From Auanema rhodensis (taxonomy: Eukaryota; Animalia; Nematoda), in assembly GCA_964057225.1 (NCBI GenBank), contig OZ059900.1, positions 23,870,001-23,934,000 on the forward strand: 64,000 nt of DNA, given 5' to 3'. The notes beneath the pieces were generated by a model. It had not been told where the DNA came from. It did no database searches and worked only from the letters and a program-made list of their open reading frames with translations. Every line of letters begins with the position of its first letter. Within the stretch, counting starts at the first letter, position 1. Position numbers and translations under genes: made by a program. Positions 25,901 through 41,141 of this stretch are shown here, in pieces.

Positions 25901-28900
25901 AATCGATTTTTGTTCATATGAGTCGTCAAATGCAACGAATTTCTGCATGTTACATACTAAAATGAAGCATTTTACATGCTGAACACTAGAAAAATACAAA
26001 AACACAGTATTTCCCATGAGAAATATTTTATTATGCTGGAAAACCAGTTTTTGGAAATTTCGCTGTAAACAAGGTTTTGACTTACGATTTCATGTGTTCA
26101 AACTCATGCAATGTCAATGAAACCTAGCTCAAAATTGTTCGTACAACGTCTAGTTCCACTTTCACGACAAAAAAACAGGGGTTAGAAAATTAAGGAAATT
26201 AGCATATTCTGAGGGCACGCCCCTTATGGCTAATATTGATTAAATCGATTTTTGTTCATATGAGTCGTCAAATGCAACGAATTTCAGCGTGTTACATACT
26301 AAAATGAAGCATTTTACATGCTGAACACTAGAAAAATACAAAAACACAGTATTTCCCATGAGAAATATTTTATTATGCTGGAAAACCAGTTTTTGGAAAT
26401 TTCGCTGTAAACAAGGTTTGACTTACGATTTCATGTGTTCAAACTCATGCAATGTCAATGAAACCTAGCTCAAAATTGTTCGTACAACGTCTAGTTCCAC
26501 TTTCACGACAAAAAAACAGGGGTTAGAAAATTAAGGAAATTAGCATATTCTGAGGGCACGCCCCTTATTGCTAATATTGATTAAATCGATTTTTGTTCAT
26601 ATGAGTCGTCAAATGCAACGAATTTCAGCGTGTTACATACTAAAATGAAGCATTTTACATGCTGAACACTAGAAAAATACAAAAACACAATATTTCCCAT
26701 GAGAAATATTTTATTATGCTGGAAAACCAGTTTTTGGAAATTTCGCTGTAAACAAGGTTTTGACTTACGATTTCATGTGTTCAAACTCATGCAATGTCAA
26801 TGAAACCTAGCTCAAAATTGTTCGTACAACGTCTAGTTCCACTTTCACGACAAAAAAACAGGGGTTAGAAAATTAAGGAAGTTAGCATATTCTGAGGGCA
26901 CGGCCCTTATGGCTAATATTGATTAAATCGATTTTTGTTCATATGAGTCGTCAAATGCAACGAATTTCAGCGTGTTACATACTAAAATGAAGCATTTTAC
27001 ATGCTGAACACTAGAAAAATACAAAAACACAGTATTTCCCATGAGAAATATTTTATTATGCTGGAAAACCAGTTTTTGGAAATTTCGCTGTAAACAAGGT
27101 TTTGACTTACGATTTCATGTGTTCAAACTCATGCAATGTCAATGAAACCTAGCTCAAAATTGTTCGTACAACGTCTAGTTCCACTTTCACGACAAAAAAA
27201 CAAGGGTTAGAAAATTAAGGAAATTAGCATATTCTGAGGGCACGCCCCTTATGGCTAATATTGATTAAATCGATTTTTGTTCATATGAGTCGTCAAATGC
27301 AACGAATTTCTGCATGTTACATACTAAAATGAAGCATTTTACATGCTGAACACTAGAAAAAAACAAAAACACAGTATTTCCCATGAGAAATATTTTATTA
27401 TGCTGGAAAACCAGTTTTTGGAAATTTCGCTGTAAACAAGGTTTTGACTTACGATTTCATGTGTTCAAACTCATGCAATGTCAATGAAACTTAGCTCAAA
27501 ATTGTTCGTACAACGTCTAGTTCCACTTTCACGACAAAAAAACAGGGGTTAGAAAATTAAGGAAATTAGCATATTCTGAGGGCACGCCCCTTATAGCTAA
27601 TATTGATTAAATCGATTTTTGTTCATATGAGTCGTCAAATGCAACGAATTTCAGCGTGTTACATACTAAAATGAAGCATTTTACATGCTGAACACTAGAA
27701 AAAAACAAAAACACAGTATTTCCCATGAGAAATATTTTATTATGCTGGAAAACCAGTTTTTGGAAATTTCGCTGTAAACAAGGTTTTGACTTACGATTTC
27801 ATGTGTTCAAACTCTTGCAATGTCAATGAAACCTAGCTCAAAATTGTTCGTACAACGTCTAGTTCCACTTTCACGACAAAAAAAACAGGGGTTAGAAAAT
27901 TAAGGAAGTTAGCATATTCTGAGGGCACGCCCCTTATGGCTAATATTGATTAAATCGATTTTTGTTCATATGAGTCGTCAAATGCAACGAATTTCAGCGT
28001 GTTACATACTAAAATGAAGCATTTTACATGCTGAACACTAGAAAAATACAAAAACACAGTATTTCCCATGAGAAATATTTTATTATGCTGGAAAACCAGT
28101 TTTTGGAAATTTCGCTGTAAACAAGGTTTTGACTTACGATTTCATGTGTTCAAACTCATGCAATGTCAATGAAACCTAGCTCAAAATTGTTCGTACAACG
28201 TCTAGTTCCACTTTCACGACAAAAAAACAAGGGTTAGAAAATTAAGGAAATTAGCATATTCTGAGGGCACGCCCCTTATGGCTAATATTGATTAAATCGA
28301 TTTTTGTTCATATGAGTCGTCAAATGCAACGAATTTCTGCATGTTACATACTAAAATGAAGCATTTTACATGCTGAACACTAGAAAAAAACAAAAACACA
28401 GTATTTCCCATGAGAAATATTTTATTATGCTGGAAAACCAGTTTTTGGAAATTTCGCTGTAAACAAGGTTTTGACTTACGATTTCATGTGTTCAAACTCA
28501 TGCAATGTCAATGAAACTTAGCTCAAAATTGTTCGTACAACGTCTAGTTCCACTTTCACGACAAAAAAACAGGGGTTAGAAAATTAAGGAAATTAGCATA
28601 TTCTGAGGGCACGCCCCTTATAGCTAATATTGATTAAATCGATTTTTGTTCATATGAGTCGTCAAATGCAACGAATTTCAGCGTGTTACATACTAAAATG
28701 AAGCATTTTACATGCTGAACACTAGAAAAATACAAAAACACAGTATTTCCCATGAGAAATATTTTATTATGCTGGAAAACCAGTTTTTGGAAATTTCGCT
28801 GTAAACAAGGTTTTGACTTACGATTTCATGTGTTCAAACTCATGCAATGTCAATGAAACCTAGCTCAAAATTGTTCGTACAACGTCTAGTTCCACTTTCA

Positions 28901-31900
28901 CGACAAAAAAACAGGGGTTAGAAAATTAAGGAAATTAGCATATTCTGAGGGCACGCCCCTTATGGCTAATATTGATTAAATCGATTTTTGTTCATATGAG
29001 TCGTCAAATGCAACGAATTTCAGCGTGTTACATACTAAAATGAAGCATTTTACATGCTGAACACTAGAAAAATACAAAAACACAGTATTTCCCATGAGAA
29101 ATATTTTATTATGCTGGAAAACCAGTTTTTGGAAATTTCGCTGTAAACAAGGTTTTGACTTACGATTTCATGTGTTCAAACTCATGCAATGTCAATGAAA
29201 CTTAGCTCAAAATTGTTCGTACAACGTCTAGTTCCACTTTCACGACAAAAAAACAGGGGTTAGAAAATTAAGGAAATTAGCATATTCTGAGGGCACGCCC
29301 CTTATGGCTAATATTGATTAAATCGATTTTTGTTCATATGAGTCGTCAAATGCAACGAATTTCAGCGTGTTACATACTAAAATGAAGCATTTTACATGCT
29401 GAACACTAGAAAAATACAAAAACACAGTATTTCCCATGAGAAATATTTTATTATGCTGGAAAACCAGTTTTTGGAAATTTCGCTGTAAACAAGGTTTTGA
29501 CTTACGATTTCATGTGTTCAAACTCATGCAATGTCAATGAAACCTAGCTCAAAATTGTTCGTATAACGTCTAGTTCCACTTTCACGACAAAAAAACAGGG
29601 GTTAGAAAATTAAGGAAATTAGCATATTCTGAGGGCACGCCCCTTATGGCTAATATTGATTAAATCGATTTTTGTTCATATGAGTCGTCAAATGCAACGA
29701 ATTTCAGCGTGTTACATACTAAAATGAAGCATTTTACATGCTGAACACTAGAAAAATACAAAAACACAGTATTTCCCATGAAAAATATTTTATTATGCTG
29801 GAAAACCAGTTTTTGGAAATTTCGCTGTAAACAAGGTTTTGACTTACGATTTCATGTGTTCAAACTCATGCAATGTCAATGAAACCTAGCTCAAAATTGT
29901 TCGTACAACGTCTAGTTCCACTTTCACGACAAAAAAAACAGGGGTTAGAAAATTAAGGAAATTAGCATATTCTGAGGGCACGCCCCTTATGGCTAATATT
30001 GATTAAATCGATTTTTGTTCATATGAGTCGTCAAATGCAACGAATTTCAGCGTGTTACATACTAAAATGAAGCATTTTACATGCTGAACACTAGAAAAAT
30101 ACAAAAACACAGTATTTCCCATGAGAAATATTTTATTATGCTGGAAAACCAGTTTTTGGAAATTTCGCTGTAAACAAGGTTTTGACTTACGATTTCATGT
30201 GTTCAAACTCATGCAATGTCAATGAAACCTAGCTCAAAATTGTTCGTACAACGTCTAGTTCCACTTTCACGACAAAAAAACAGGGGTTAGAAAATTAAGG
30301 AAATTAGCATATTCTGAGGGCACGCCCCTTATGGCTAATATTGATTAAATCGATTTTTGTTCATATGAGTCGTCAAATGCAACGAATTTCAGCGTGTTAC
30401 ATACTAAAATGAAGCATTTTACATGCTGAACACTAGAAAAATACAAAAACACAGTATTTCCCATGAGAAATATTTTATTATGCTGGAAAACCAGTTTTTG
30501 GAAATTTCGCTGTAAACAAGGTTTTGACTTACGATTTCATGTGTTCAAACTCATGCAATGTCAATGAAACCTAGCTCAAAATTGTTCGTACAACGTCTAG
30601 TTCCACTTTCACGACAAAAAAACAGGGGTTAGAAAATTAAGGAAATTAGCATATTCTGAGGGCACGCCCCTTATGGCTAATATTGATTAAATCGATTTTT
30701 GTTCATATGAGTCGTCAAATGCAACGAATTTCAGCGTGTTACATACTAAAATGAAGCATTTTACATGCTGAACACTAGAAAAATACAAAAACACAGTATT
30801 TCCCATGAAAAATATTTTATTATGCTGGAAAACCAGTTTTTGGAAATTTCGCTGTAAACAAGGTTTTGACTTACGATTTCATGTGTTCAAACTCATGCAA
30901 TGTCAATGAAACCTAGCTCAAAATTGTTCGTACAACGTCTAGTTCCACTTTCACGACAAAAAAAACAGGGGTTAGAAAATTAAGGAAATTAGCATATTCT
31001 GAGGGCACGCCCCTTATGGCTAATATTGATTAAATCGATTTTTGTTCATATGAGTCGTCAAATGCAACGAATTTCAGCGTGTTACATACTAAAATGAAGC
31101 ATTTTACATGCTGAACACTAGAAAAATACAAAAACACAGTATTTCCCATGAGAAATATTTTATTATGCTGGAAAACCAGTTTTTGGAAATTTCGCTGTAA
31201 ACAAGGATTTGACTTACGATTTCATGTGTTCAAACTCATGCAATGTCAATGAAACCTAGCTCAAAATTGTTTGTACAACGTCTAGTTCCACTTTCACGAC
31301 AAAAAAACAGGGGTTAGAAAATTAAGGAAATTAGCATATTCTGAGGGCACGCCCCTTATGGCTAATATTGATTAAATCGATTTTTGTTCATATGAGTCGT
31401 CAAATGCAACGAATTTCAGCGTGTTACATACTAAAATGAAGCATTTTACATGCTGAACACTAGAAAAATACAAAAACACAATATTTCCCATGAGAAATAT
31501 TTTATTATGCTGGAAAACCAGTTTTTGGAAATTTCGCTGTAAACAAGGTTTTGACTTACGATTTCATGTGTTCAAACTCATGCAATGTCAATGAAACCTA
31601 GCTCAAAATTGTTCGTACAACGTCTAGTTCCACTTTCACGACAAAAAAACAGGGGTTAGAAAATTAAGGAAATTAGCATATTCTGAGGGCACGCCCCTTA
31701 TGGCTAATATTGATTAAATCGATTTTTGTTCATATGAGTCGTCAAATGCAACGAATTTCAGCGTGTTACATACTAAAATGAAGCATTTTACATGCTGAAC
31801 ACTAGAAAAAAACAAAAACACAGTATTTCCCATGAGAAATATTTTATTATGCTGGAAAACCAGTTTTTGGAAATTTCGCTGTAAACAAGGTTTTGACTTA

Positions 31901-33383
31901 CGATTTCATGTGTTCAAACTCATGCAATGTCAATGAAACCTAGCTCAAAATTGTTCGTACAACGTCTAGTTCCACTTTCACGACAAAAAAACAGGGGTTA
32001 GAAAATTAAGGAAGTTAGCATATTCTGAGGGCACGGCCCTTATGGCTAATATTGATTAAATCGATTTTTGTTCATATGAGTCGTCAAATGCAACGAATTT
32101 CAGCGTGTTACATACTAAAATGAAGCATTTTACATGCTGAACACTAGAAAAATACAAAAACACAGTATTTCCCATGAGAAATATTTTATTATGCTGGAAA
32201 ACCAGTTTTTGGAAATTTCGCTGTAAACAAGGTTTTGACTTACGATTTCATGTGTTCAAACTCATGCAATGTCAATGAAACCTAGCTCAAAATTGTTCGT
32301 ACAACGTCTAGTTCCACTTTCACGACAAAAAAACAAGGGTTAGAAAATTAAGGAAATTAGCATATTCTGAGGGCACGCCCCTTATGGCTAATATTGATTA
32401 AATCGATTTTTGTTCATATGAGTCGTCAAATGCAACGAATTTCTGCATGTTACATACTAAAATGAAGCATTTTACATGCTGAACACTAGAAAAAAACAAA
32501 AACACAGTATTTCCCATGAGAAATATTTTATTATGCTGGAAAACCAGTTTTTGGAAATTTCGCTGTAAACAAGGTTTTGACTTACGATTTCATGTGTTCA
32601 AACTCTTGCAATGTCAATGAAACCTAGCTCAAAATTGTTCGTACAACGTCTAGTTCCACTTTCACGACAAAAAAAACAGGGGTTAGAAAATTAAGGAAGT
32701 TAGCATATTCTGAGGGCACGCCCCTTATAGCTAATATTGATTAAATCGATTTTTGTTCATATGAGTCGTCAAATGCAACGAATTTCAGCGTGTTACATAC
32801 TAAAATGAAGCATTTTACATGCTGAACACTAGAAAAATACAAAAACACAGTATTTCCCATGAAAAATATTTTATTATGCTGGAAAACCAGTTTTTGGAAA
32901 TTTCGCTGTAAACAAGGTTTTGACTTACGATTTCATGTGTTCAAACTCATGCAATGTCAATGAAACCTAGCTCAAAATTGTTCGTACAACGTCTAGTTCC
33001 ACTTTCACGACAAAAAAAACAAGGGTTAGAAAATTAAGGAAATTAGCATATTCTGAGGGCACGCCCCTTATGGCTAATATTGATTAAATCGATTTTTGTT
33101 CATATGAGTCGTCAAATGCAACGAATTTCAGCGTGTTACATACTAAAATGAAGCATTTTACATGCTGAACACTAGAAAAATACAAAAACACAGTATTTCC
33201 CATGAGAAATATTTTATTATGCTGGAAAACCAGTTTTTGGAAATTTCGCTGTAAACAAGGTTTTGACTTACGATTTCATGTGTTCAAACTCATGCAATGT
33301 CAATGAAACTTAGCTCAAAATTGTTCGTACAACGTCTAGTTCCACTTTCACGACAAAAAAACAGGGGTTAGAAAATTAAGGAA

Positions 33384-33621
33384 ATTAGCATATTCTGAGG
33401 GCACGCCCCTTATGGCTAATATTGATTAAATCGATTTTTGTTCATATGAGTCGTCAAATGCAACGAATTTCAGCGTGTTACATACTAAAATGAAGCATTT
33501 TACATGCTGAACACTAGAAAAATAAACTCATGCAATGTCAATGAAACCTAGCTCAAAATTGTTCGTACAACGTCTAGTTCCACTTTCACGACAAAAAAAC
33601 AGGGGTTAGAAAATTAAGGAA
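33384..33621 (+). repeat. 238-bp truncated monomer (104-bp deletion of c141-244)
   Basis: Junction CTAGAAAAAT/AAACTCATGC at 33523/33524. The next unit starts at 33622. Confidence 0.95.
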
Positions 33622-36355
33622 ATTAGCATATTCTGAGGGCACGCCCCTTATGGCTAATATTGATTAAATCGATTTTTGTTCATATGAGTCGTCAAATGCA
33701 ACGAATTTCAGCGTGTTACATACTAAAATGAAGCATTTTACATGCTGAACACTAGAAAAATACAAAAACACAGTATTTCCCATGAGAAATATTTTATTAT
33801 GCTGGAAAACCAGTTTTTGGAAATTTCGCTGTAAACAAGGTTTGACTTACGATTTCATGTGTTCAAACTCATGCAATGTCAATGAAACCTAGCTCAAAAT
33901 TGTTCGTACAACGTCTAGTTCCACTTTCACGACAAAAAAACAGGGGTTAGAAAATTAAGGAAATTAGCATATTCTGAGGGCACGCCCCTTATAGCTAATA
34001 TTGATTAAATCGATTTTTGTTCATATGAGTCGTCAAATGCAACGAATTTCAGCGTGTTACATACTAAAATGAAGCATTTTACATGCTGAACACTAGAAAA
34101 ATACAAAAACACAGTATTTCCCATGAGAAATATTTTATTATGCTGGAAAACCAGTTTTTGGAAATTTCGCTGTAAACAAGGTTTTGACTTACGATTTCAT
34201 GTGTTCAAACTCATGCAATGTCAATGAAACCTAGCTCAAAATTGTTCGTACAACGTCTAGTTCCACTTTCACGACAAAAAAACAGGGGTTAGAAAATTAA
34301 GGAAATTAGCATATTCTGAGGGCACGCCCCTTATGGCTAATATTGATTAAATCGATTTTTGTTCATATGAGTCGTCAAATGCAACGAATTTCAGCGTGTT
34401 ACATACTAAAATGAAGCATTTTACATGCTGAACACTAGAAAAATACAAGAACACAGTATTTCCCATGAGAAATATTTTATTATGCTGGAAAACCAGTTTT
34501 TGGAAATTTCGCTGTAAACAAGGTTTGACTTACGATTTCATGTGTTCAAACTCATGCAATGTCAATGAAACCTAGCTCAAAATTGTTCGTACAACGTCTA
34601 GTTCCACTTTCACGACAAAAAAACAGGGGTTAGAAAATTAAGGAAATTAGCATATTCTGAGGGCACGCCCCTTATAGCTAATATTGATTAAATCGATTTT
34701 TGTTCATATGAGTCGTCAAATGCAACGAATTTCAGCGTGTTACATACTAAAATGAAGCATTTTACATGCTGAACACTAGAAAAATACAAAAACACAGTAT
34801 TTCCCATGAGAAATATTTTATTATGCTGGAAAACCAGTTTTTGGAAATTTCGCTGTAAACAAGGTTTTGACTTACGATTTCATGTGTTCAAACTCATGCA
34901 ATGTCAATGAAACCTAGCTCAAAATTGTTCGTACAACGTCTAGTTCCACTTTCACGACAAAAAAACAGGGGTTAGAAAATTAAGGAAATTAGCATATTCT
35001 GAGGGCACGCCCCTTATGGCTAATATTGATTAAATCGATTTTTGTTCATATGAGTCGTCAAATGCAACGAATTTCAGCGTGTTACATACTAAAATGAAGC
35101 ATTTTACATGCTGAACACTAGAAAAATACAAAAACACAGTATTTCCCATGAGAAATATTTTATTATGCTGGAAAACCAGTTTTTGGAAATTTCGCTGTAA
35201 ACAAGGTTTGACTTACGATTTCATGTGTTCAAACTCATGCAATGTCAATGAAACCTAGCTCAAAATTGTTCGTACAACGTCTAGTTCCACTTTCACGACA
35301 AAAAAACAGGGGTTAGAAAATTAAGGAAATTAGCATATTCTGAGGGCACGCCCCTTATTGCTAATATTGATTAAATCGATTTTTGTTCATATGAGTCGTC
35401 AAATGCAACGAATTTCAGCGTGTTACATACTAAAATGAAGCATTTTACATGCTGAACACTAGAAAAATACAAAAACACAGTATTTCCCATGAAAAATATT
35501 TTATTATGCTGGAAAACCAGTTTTTGGAAATTTCGCTGTAAACAAGGTTTTGACTTACGATTTCATGTGTTCAAACTCATGCAATGTCAATGAAACCTCG
35601 CTCAAAATTGTTCGTACAACGTCTAGTTCCACTTTCACGACAAAAAAAACAGGGGTTAGAAAATTAAGGAAATTAGCATATTCTGAGGGCACGCCCCTTA
35701 TGGCTAATATTGATTAAATCGATTTTTGTTCATATGAGTCGTCAAATGCAACGAATTTCAGCGTGTTACATACTAAAATGAAGCATTTTACATGCTGAAC
35801 ACTAGAAAAATACAAAAACACAGTATTTCCCATGAGAAATATTTTATTATGCTGGAAAACCAGTTTTTGGAAATTTCGCTGTAAACAAGGTTTTGACTTA
35901 CGATTTCATGTGTTCAAACTCATGCAATGTCAATGAAACTTAGCTCAAAATTGTTCGTACAACGTCTAGTTCCACTTTCACGACAAAAAAACAGGGGTTA
36001 GAAAATTAAGGAAATTAGCATATTCTGAGGGCACGCCCCTTATGGCTAATATTGATTAAATCGATTTTTGTTCATATGAGTCGTCAAATGCAACGAATTT
36101 CAGCGTGTTACATACTAAAATGAAGCATTTTACATGCTGAACACTAGAAAAATACAAAAACACAGTATTTCCCATGAGAAATATTTTATTATGCTGGAAA
36201 ACCAGTTTTTGGAAATTTCGCTGTAAACAAGGTTTTGACTTACGATTTCATGTGTTCAAACTCATGCAATGTCAATGAAACCTAGCTCAAAATTGTTCGT
36301 ACAACGTCTAGTTCCACTTTCACGACAAAAAAACAGGGGTTAGAAAATTAAGGAA

Positions 36356-39300
36356 ATTAGCATATTCTGAGGGCACGCCCCTTATGGCTAATATTGATTA
36401 AATCGATTTTTGTTCATATGAGTCGTCAAATGCAACGAATTTCAGCGTGTTACATACTAAAATGAAGCATTTTACATGCTGAACACTAGAAAAAAACAAA
36501 AACACAGTATTTCCCATGAGAAATAGTTTATTATGCTGGAAAACCAGTTTTTGGAAATTTCGCTGTAAACAAGGTTTTGACTTACGATTTCATGTGTTCA
36601 AACTCATGCAATGTCAATGAAACCTAGCTCAAAATTGTTCGTACAACGTCTAGTTCCACTTTCACGACAAAAAAACAGGGGTTAGAAAATTAAGGAAGTT
36701 AGCATATTCTGAGGGCACGCCCCTTATGGCTAATATTGATTAAATCGATTTTTGTTCATATGAGTCGTCAAATGCAACGAATTTCAGCGTGTTACATACT
36801 AAAATGAAGCATTTTACATGCTGAACACTAGAAAAATACAAAAACACAGTATTTCCCATGAGAAATATTTTATTATGCTGGAAAACCAGTTTTTGGAAAT
36901 TTCGCTGTAAACAAGGTTTTGACTTACGATTTCATGTGTTCAAACTCATGCAATGTCAATGAAACCTAGCTCAAAATTGTTCGTACAACATCTAGTTCCA
37001 CTTTGACGACAAAAAAACAAGGGTTAGAAAATTAAGGAAATTAGCATATTCTGAGGGCACGCCCCTTATGGCTAATATTGATTAAATCGATTTTTGTTCA
37101 TATGAGTCGTCAAATGCAACGAATTTCTGCATGTTACATACTAAAATGAAGCATTTTACATGCTGAACACTAGAAAAAAACAAAAACACAGTATTTCCCA
37201 TGAGAAATATTTTATTATGCTGGAAAACCAGTTTTTGGAAATTTCGCTGTAAACAAGGTTTTGACTTACGATTTCATGTGTTCAAACTCATGCAATGTCA
37301 ATGAAACCTAGCTCAAAATTGTTCGTACAACGTCTAGTTCCACTTTCACGACAAAAAAACAGGGGTTAGAAAATTAAGGAAATTAGCATATTCTGAGGGC
37401 ACGCCCCTTATGGCTAATATTGATTAAATCGATTTTTGTTCATATGAGTCGTCAAATGCAACGAATTTCAGCGTGTTACATACTAAAATGAAGCATTTTA
37501 CATGCTGAACACTAGAAAAATACAAAAACACAGTATTTCCCATGAGAAATATTTTATTATGCTGGAGAACCAGTTTTTGGAAATTTCGCTGTAAACAAGG
37601 TTTTGACTTACGATTTCATGTGTTCAAACTCATGCAATGTCAATGAAACCTAGCTCAAAATTGTTCGTACAACGTCTAGTTCCACTTTCACGACAAAAAA
37701 ACAGGGGTTAGAAAATTAAGGAAATTAGCATATTCTGAGGGCACGCCCCTTATGGCTAATATTGATTAAATCGATTTTTGTTCATATGAGTCGTCAAATG
37801 CAACGAATTTCAGCGTGTTACATACTAAAATGAAGCATTTTACATGCTGAACACTAGAAAAATACAAAAACACAGTATTTCCCATGAGAAATATTTTATT
37901 ATGCTGGAAAACCAGTTTTTGGAAATTTCGCTGTAAACAAGGTTTGACTTACGATTTCATGTGTTCAAACTCATGCAATGTCAATGAAACCTAGCTCAAA
38001 ATTGTTCGTACAACGTCTAGTTCCACTTTCACGACAAAAAAACAGGGGTTAGAAAATTAAGGAAATTAGCATATTCTGAGGGCACGCCCCTTATTGCTAA
38101 TATTGATTAAATCGATTTTTGTTCATATGAGTCGTCAAATGCAACGAATTTCAGCGTGTTACATACTAAAATGAAGCATTTTACATGCTGAACACTAGAA
38201 AAAAACAAAAACACAGTATTTCCCATGAGAAATAGTTTATTATGCTGGAAAACCAGTTTTTGGAAATTTCGCTGTAAACAAGGTTTTGACTTACGATTTC
38301 ATGTGTTCAAACTCATGCAATGTCAATGAAACCTAGCTCAAAATTGTTCGTACAACGTCTAGTTCCACTTTCACGACAAAAAAACAGGGGTTAGAAAATT
38401 AAGGAAGTTAGCATATTCTGAGGGCACGCCCCTTATGGCTAATATTGATTAAATCGATTTTTGTTCATATGAGTCGTCAAATGCAACGAATTTCAGCGTG
38501 TTACATACTAAAATGAAGCATTTTACATGCTGAACACTAGAAAAATACAAAAACACAGTATTTCCCATGAGAAATATTTTATTATGCTGGAAAACCAGTT
38601 TTTGGAAATTTCGCTGTAAACAAGGTTTTGACTTACGATTTCATGTGTTCAAACTCATGCAATGTCAATGAAACCTAGCTCAAAATTGTTCGTACAACAT
38701 CTAGTTCCACTTTGACGACAAAAAAACAAGGGTTAGAAAATTAAGGAAATTAGCATATTCTGAGGGCACGCCCCTTATGGCTAATATTGATTAAATCGAT
38801 TTTTGTTCATATGAGTCGTCAAATGCAACGAATTTCTGCATGTTACATACTAAAATGAAGCATTTTACATGCTGAACACTAGAAAAAAACAAAAACACAG
38901 TATTTCCCATGAGAAATATTTTATTATGCTGGAAAACCAGTTTTTGGAAATTTCGCTGTAAACAAGGTTTTGACTTACGATTTCATGTGTTCAAACTCAT
39001 GCAATGTCAATGAAACCTAGCTCAAAATTGTTCGTACAACGTCTAGTTCCACTTTCACGACAAAAAAACAGGGGTTAGAAAATTAAGGAAATTAGCATAT
39101 TCTGAGGGCACGCCCCTTATGGCTAATATTGATTAAATCGATTTTTGTTCATATGAGTCGTCAAATGCAACGAATTTCAGCGTGTTACATACTAAAATGA
39201 AGCATTTTACATGCTGAACACTAGAAAAATACAAAAACACAGTATTTCCCATGAGAAATATTTTATTATGCTGGAGAACCAGTTTTTGGAAATTTCGCTG

Positions 39301-41141
39301 TAAACAAGGTTTTGACTTACGATTTCATGTGTTCAAACTCATGCAATGTCAATGAAACCTAGCTCAAAATTGTTCGTACAACGTCTAGTTCCACTTTCAC
39401 GACAAAAAAACAGGGGTTAGAAAATTAAGGAAATTAGCATATTCTGAGGGCACGCCCCTTATGGCTAATATTGATTAAATCGATTTTTGTTCATATGAGT
39501 CGTCAAATGCAACGAATTTCAGCGTGTTACATACTAAAATGAAGCATTTTACATGCTGAACACTAGAAAAAAACAAAAACACAGTATTTCCCATGAGAAA
39601 TAGTTTATTATGCTGGAAAACCAGTTTTTGGAAATTTCGCTGTAAACAAGGTTTTGACTTACGATTTCATGTGTTCAAACTCATGCAATGTCAATGAAAC
39701 CTAGCTCAAAATTGTTCGTACAACGTCTAGTTCCACTTTCACGACAAAAAAACAGGGGTTAGAAAATTAAGGAAGTTAGCATATTCTGAGGGCACGCCCC
39801 TTATGGCTAATATTGATTAAATCGATTTTTGTTCATATGAGTCGTCAAATGCAACGAATTTCAGCGTGTTACATACTAAAATGAAGCATTTTACATGCTG
39901 AACACTAGAAAAATACAAAAACACAGTATTTCCCATGAGAAATATTTTATTATGCTGGAAAACCAGTTTTTGGAAATTTCGCTGTAAACAAGGTTTTGAC
40001 TTACGATTTCATGTGTTCAAACTCATGCAATGTCAATGAAACCTAGCTCAAAATTGTTCGTACAACATCTAGTTCCACTTTGACGACAAAAAAACAAGGG
40101 TTAGAAAATTAAGGAAATTAGCATATTCTGAGGGCACGCCCCTTATGGCTAATATTGATTAAATCGATTTTTGTTCATATGAGTCGTCAAATGCAACGAA
40201 TTTCTGCATGTTACATACTAAAATGAAGCATTTTACATGCTGAACACTAGAAAAAAACAAAAACACAGTATTTCCCATGAGAAATATTTTATTATGCTGG
40301 AAAACCAGTTTTTGGAAATTTCGCTGTAAACAAGGTTTTGACTTACGATTTCATGTGTTCAAACTCATGCAATGTCAATGAAACCTAGCTCAAAATTGTT
40401 CGTACAACGTCTAGTTCCACTTTCACGACAAAAAAACAGGGGTTAGAAAATTAAGGAAATTAGCATATTCTGAGGGCACGCCCCTTATGGCTAATATTGA
40501 TTAAATCGATTTTTGTTCATATGAGTCGTCAAATGCAACGAATTTCAGCGTGTTACATACTAAAATGAAGCATTTTACATGCTGAACACTAGAAAAATAC
40601 AAAAACACAGTATTTCCCATGAGAAATATTTTATTATGCTGGAGAACCAGTTTTTGGAAATTTCGCTGTAAACAAGGTTTTGACTTACGATTTCATGTGT
40701 TCAAACTCATGCAATGTCAATGAAACCTAGCTCAAAATTGTTCGTACAACGTCTAGTTCCACTTTCACGACAAAAAAACAGGGGTTAGAAAATTAAGGAA
40801 ATTAGCATATTCTGAGGGCACGCCCCTTATGGCTAATATTGATTAAATCGATTTTTGTTCATATGAGTCGTCAAATGCAACGAATTTCAGCGTGTTACAT
40901 ACTAAAATGAAGCATTTTACATGCTGAACACTAGAAAAATACAAAAACACAGTATTTCCCATGAGAAATATTTTATTATGCTGGAAAACCAGTTTTTGGA
41001 AATTTCGCTGTAAACAAGGTTTGACTTACGATTTCATGTGTTCAAACTCATGCAATGTCAATGAAACCTAGCTCAAAATTGTTCGTACAACGTCTAGTTC
41101 CACTTTCACGACAAAAAAACAGGGGTTAGAAAATTAAGGAA
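36356..41141 (+). repeat. Local higher-order repeat, three copies of 5, 4 and 5 monomers (starts 36356, 38065, 39433)
   Basis: The ordered markers AATAGTTT, GAAGTTAG, ACAACATC+TTTGACGAC, TTCTGCATG and GGAGAACC recur at 1709-bp and 1368-bp spacing. Confidence 0.88.
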
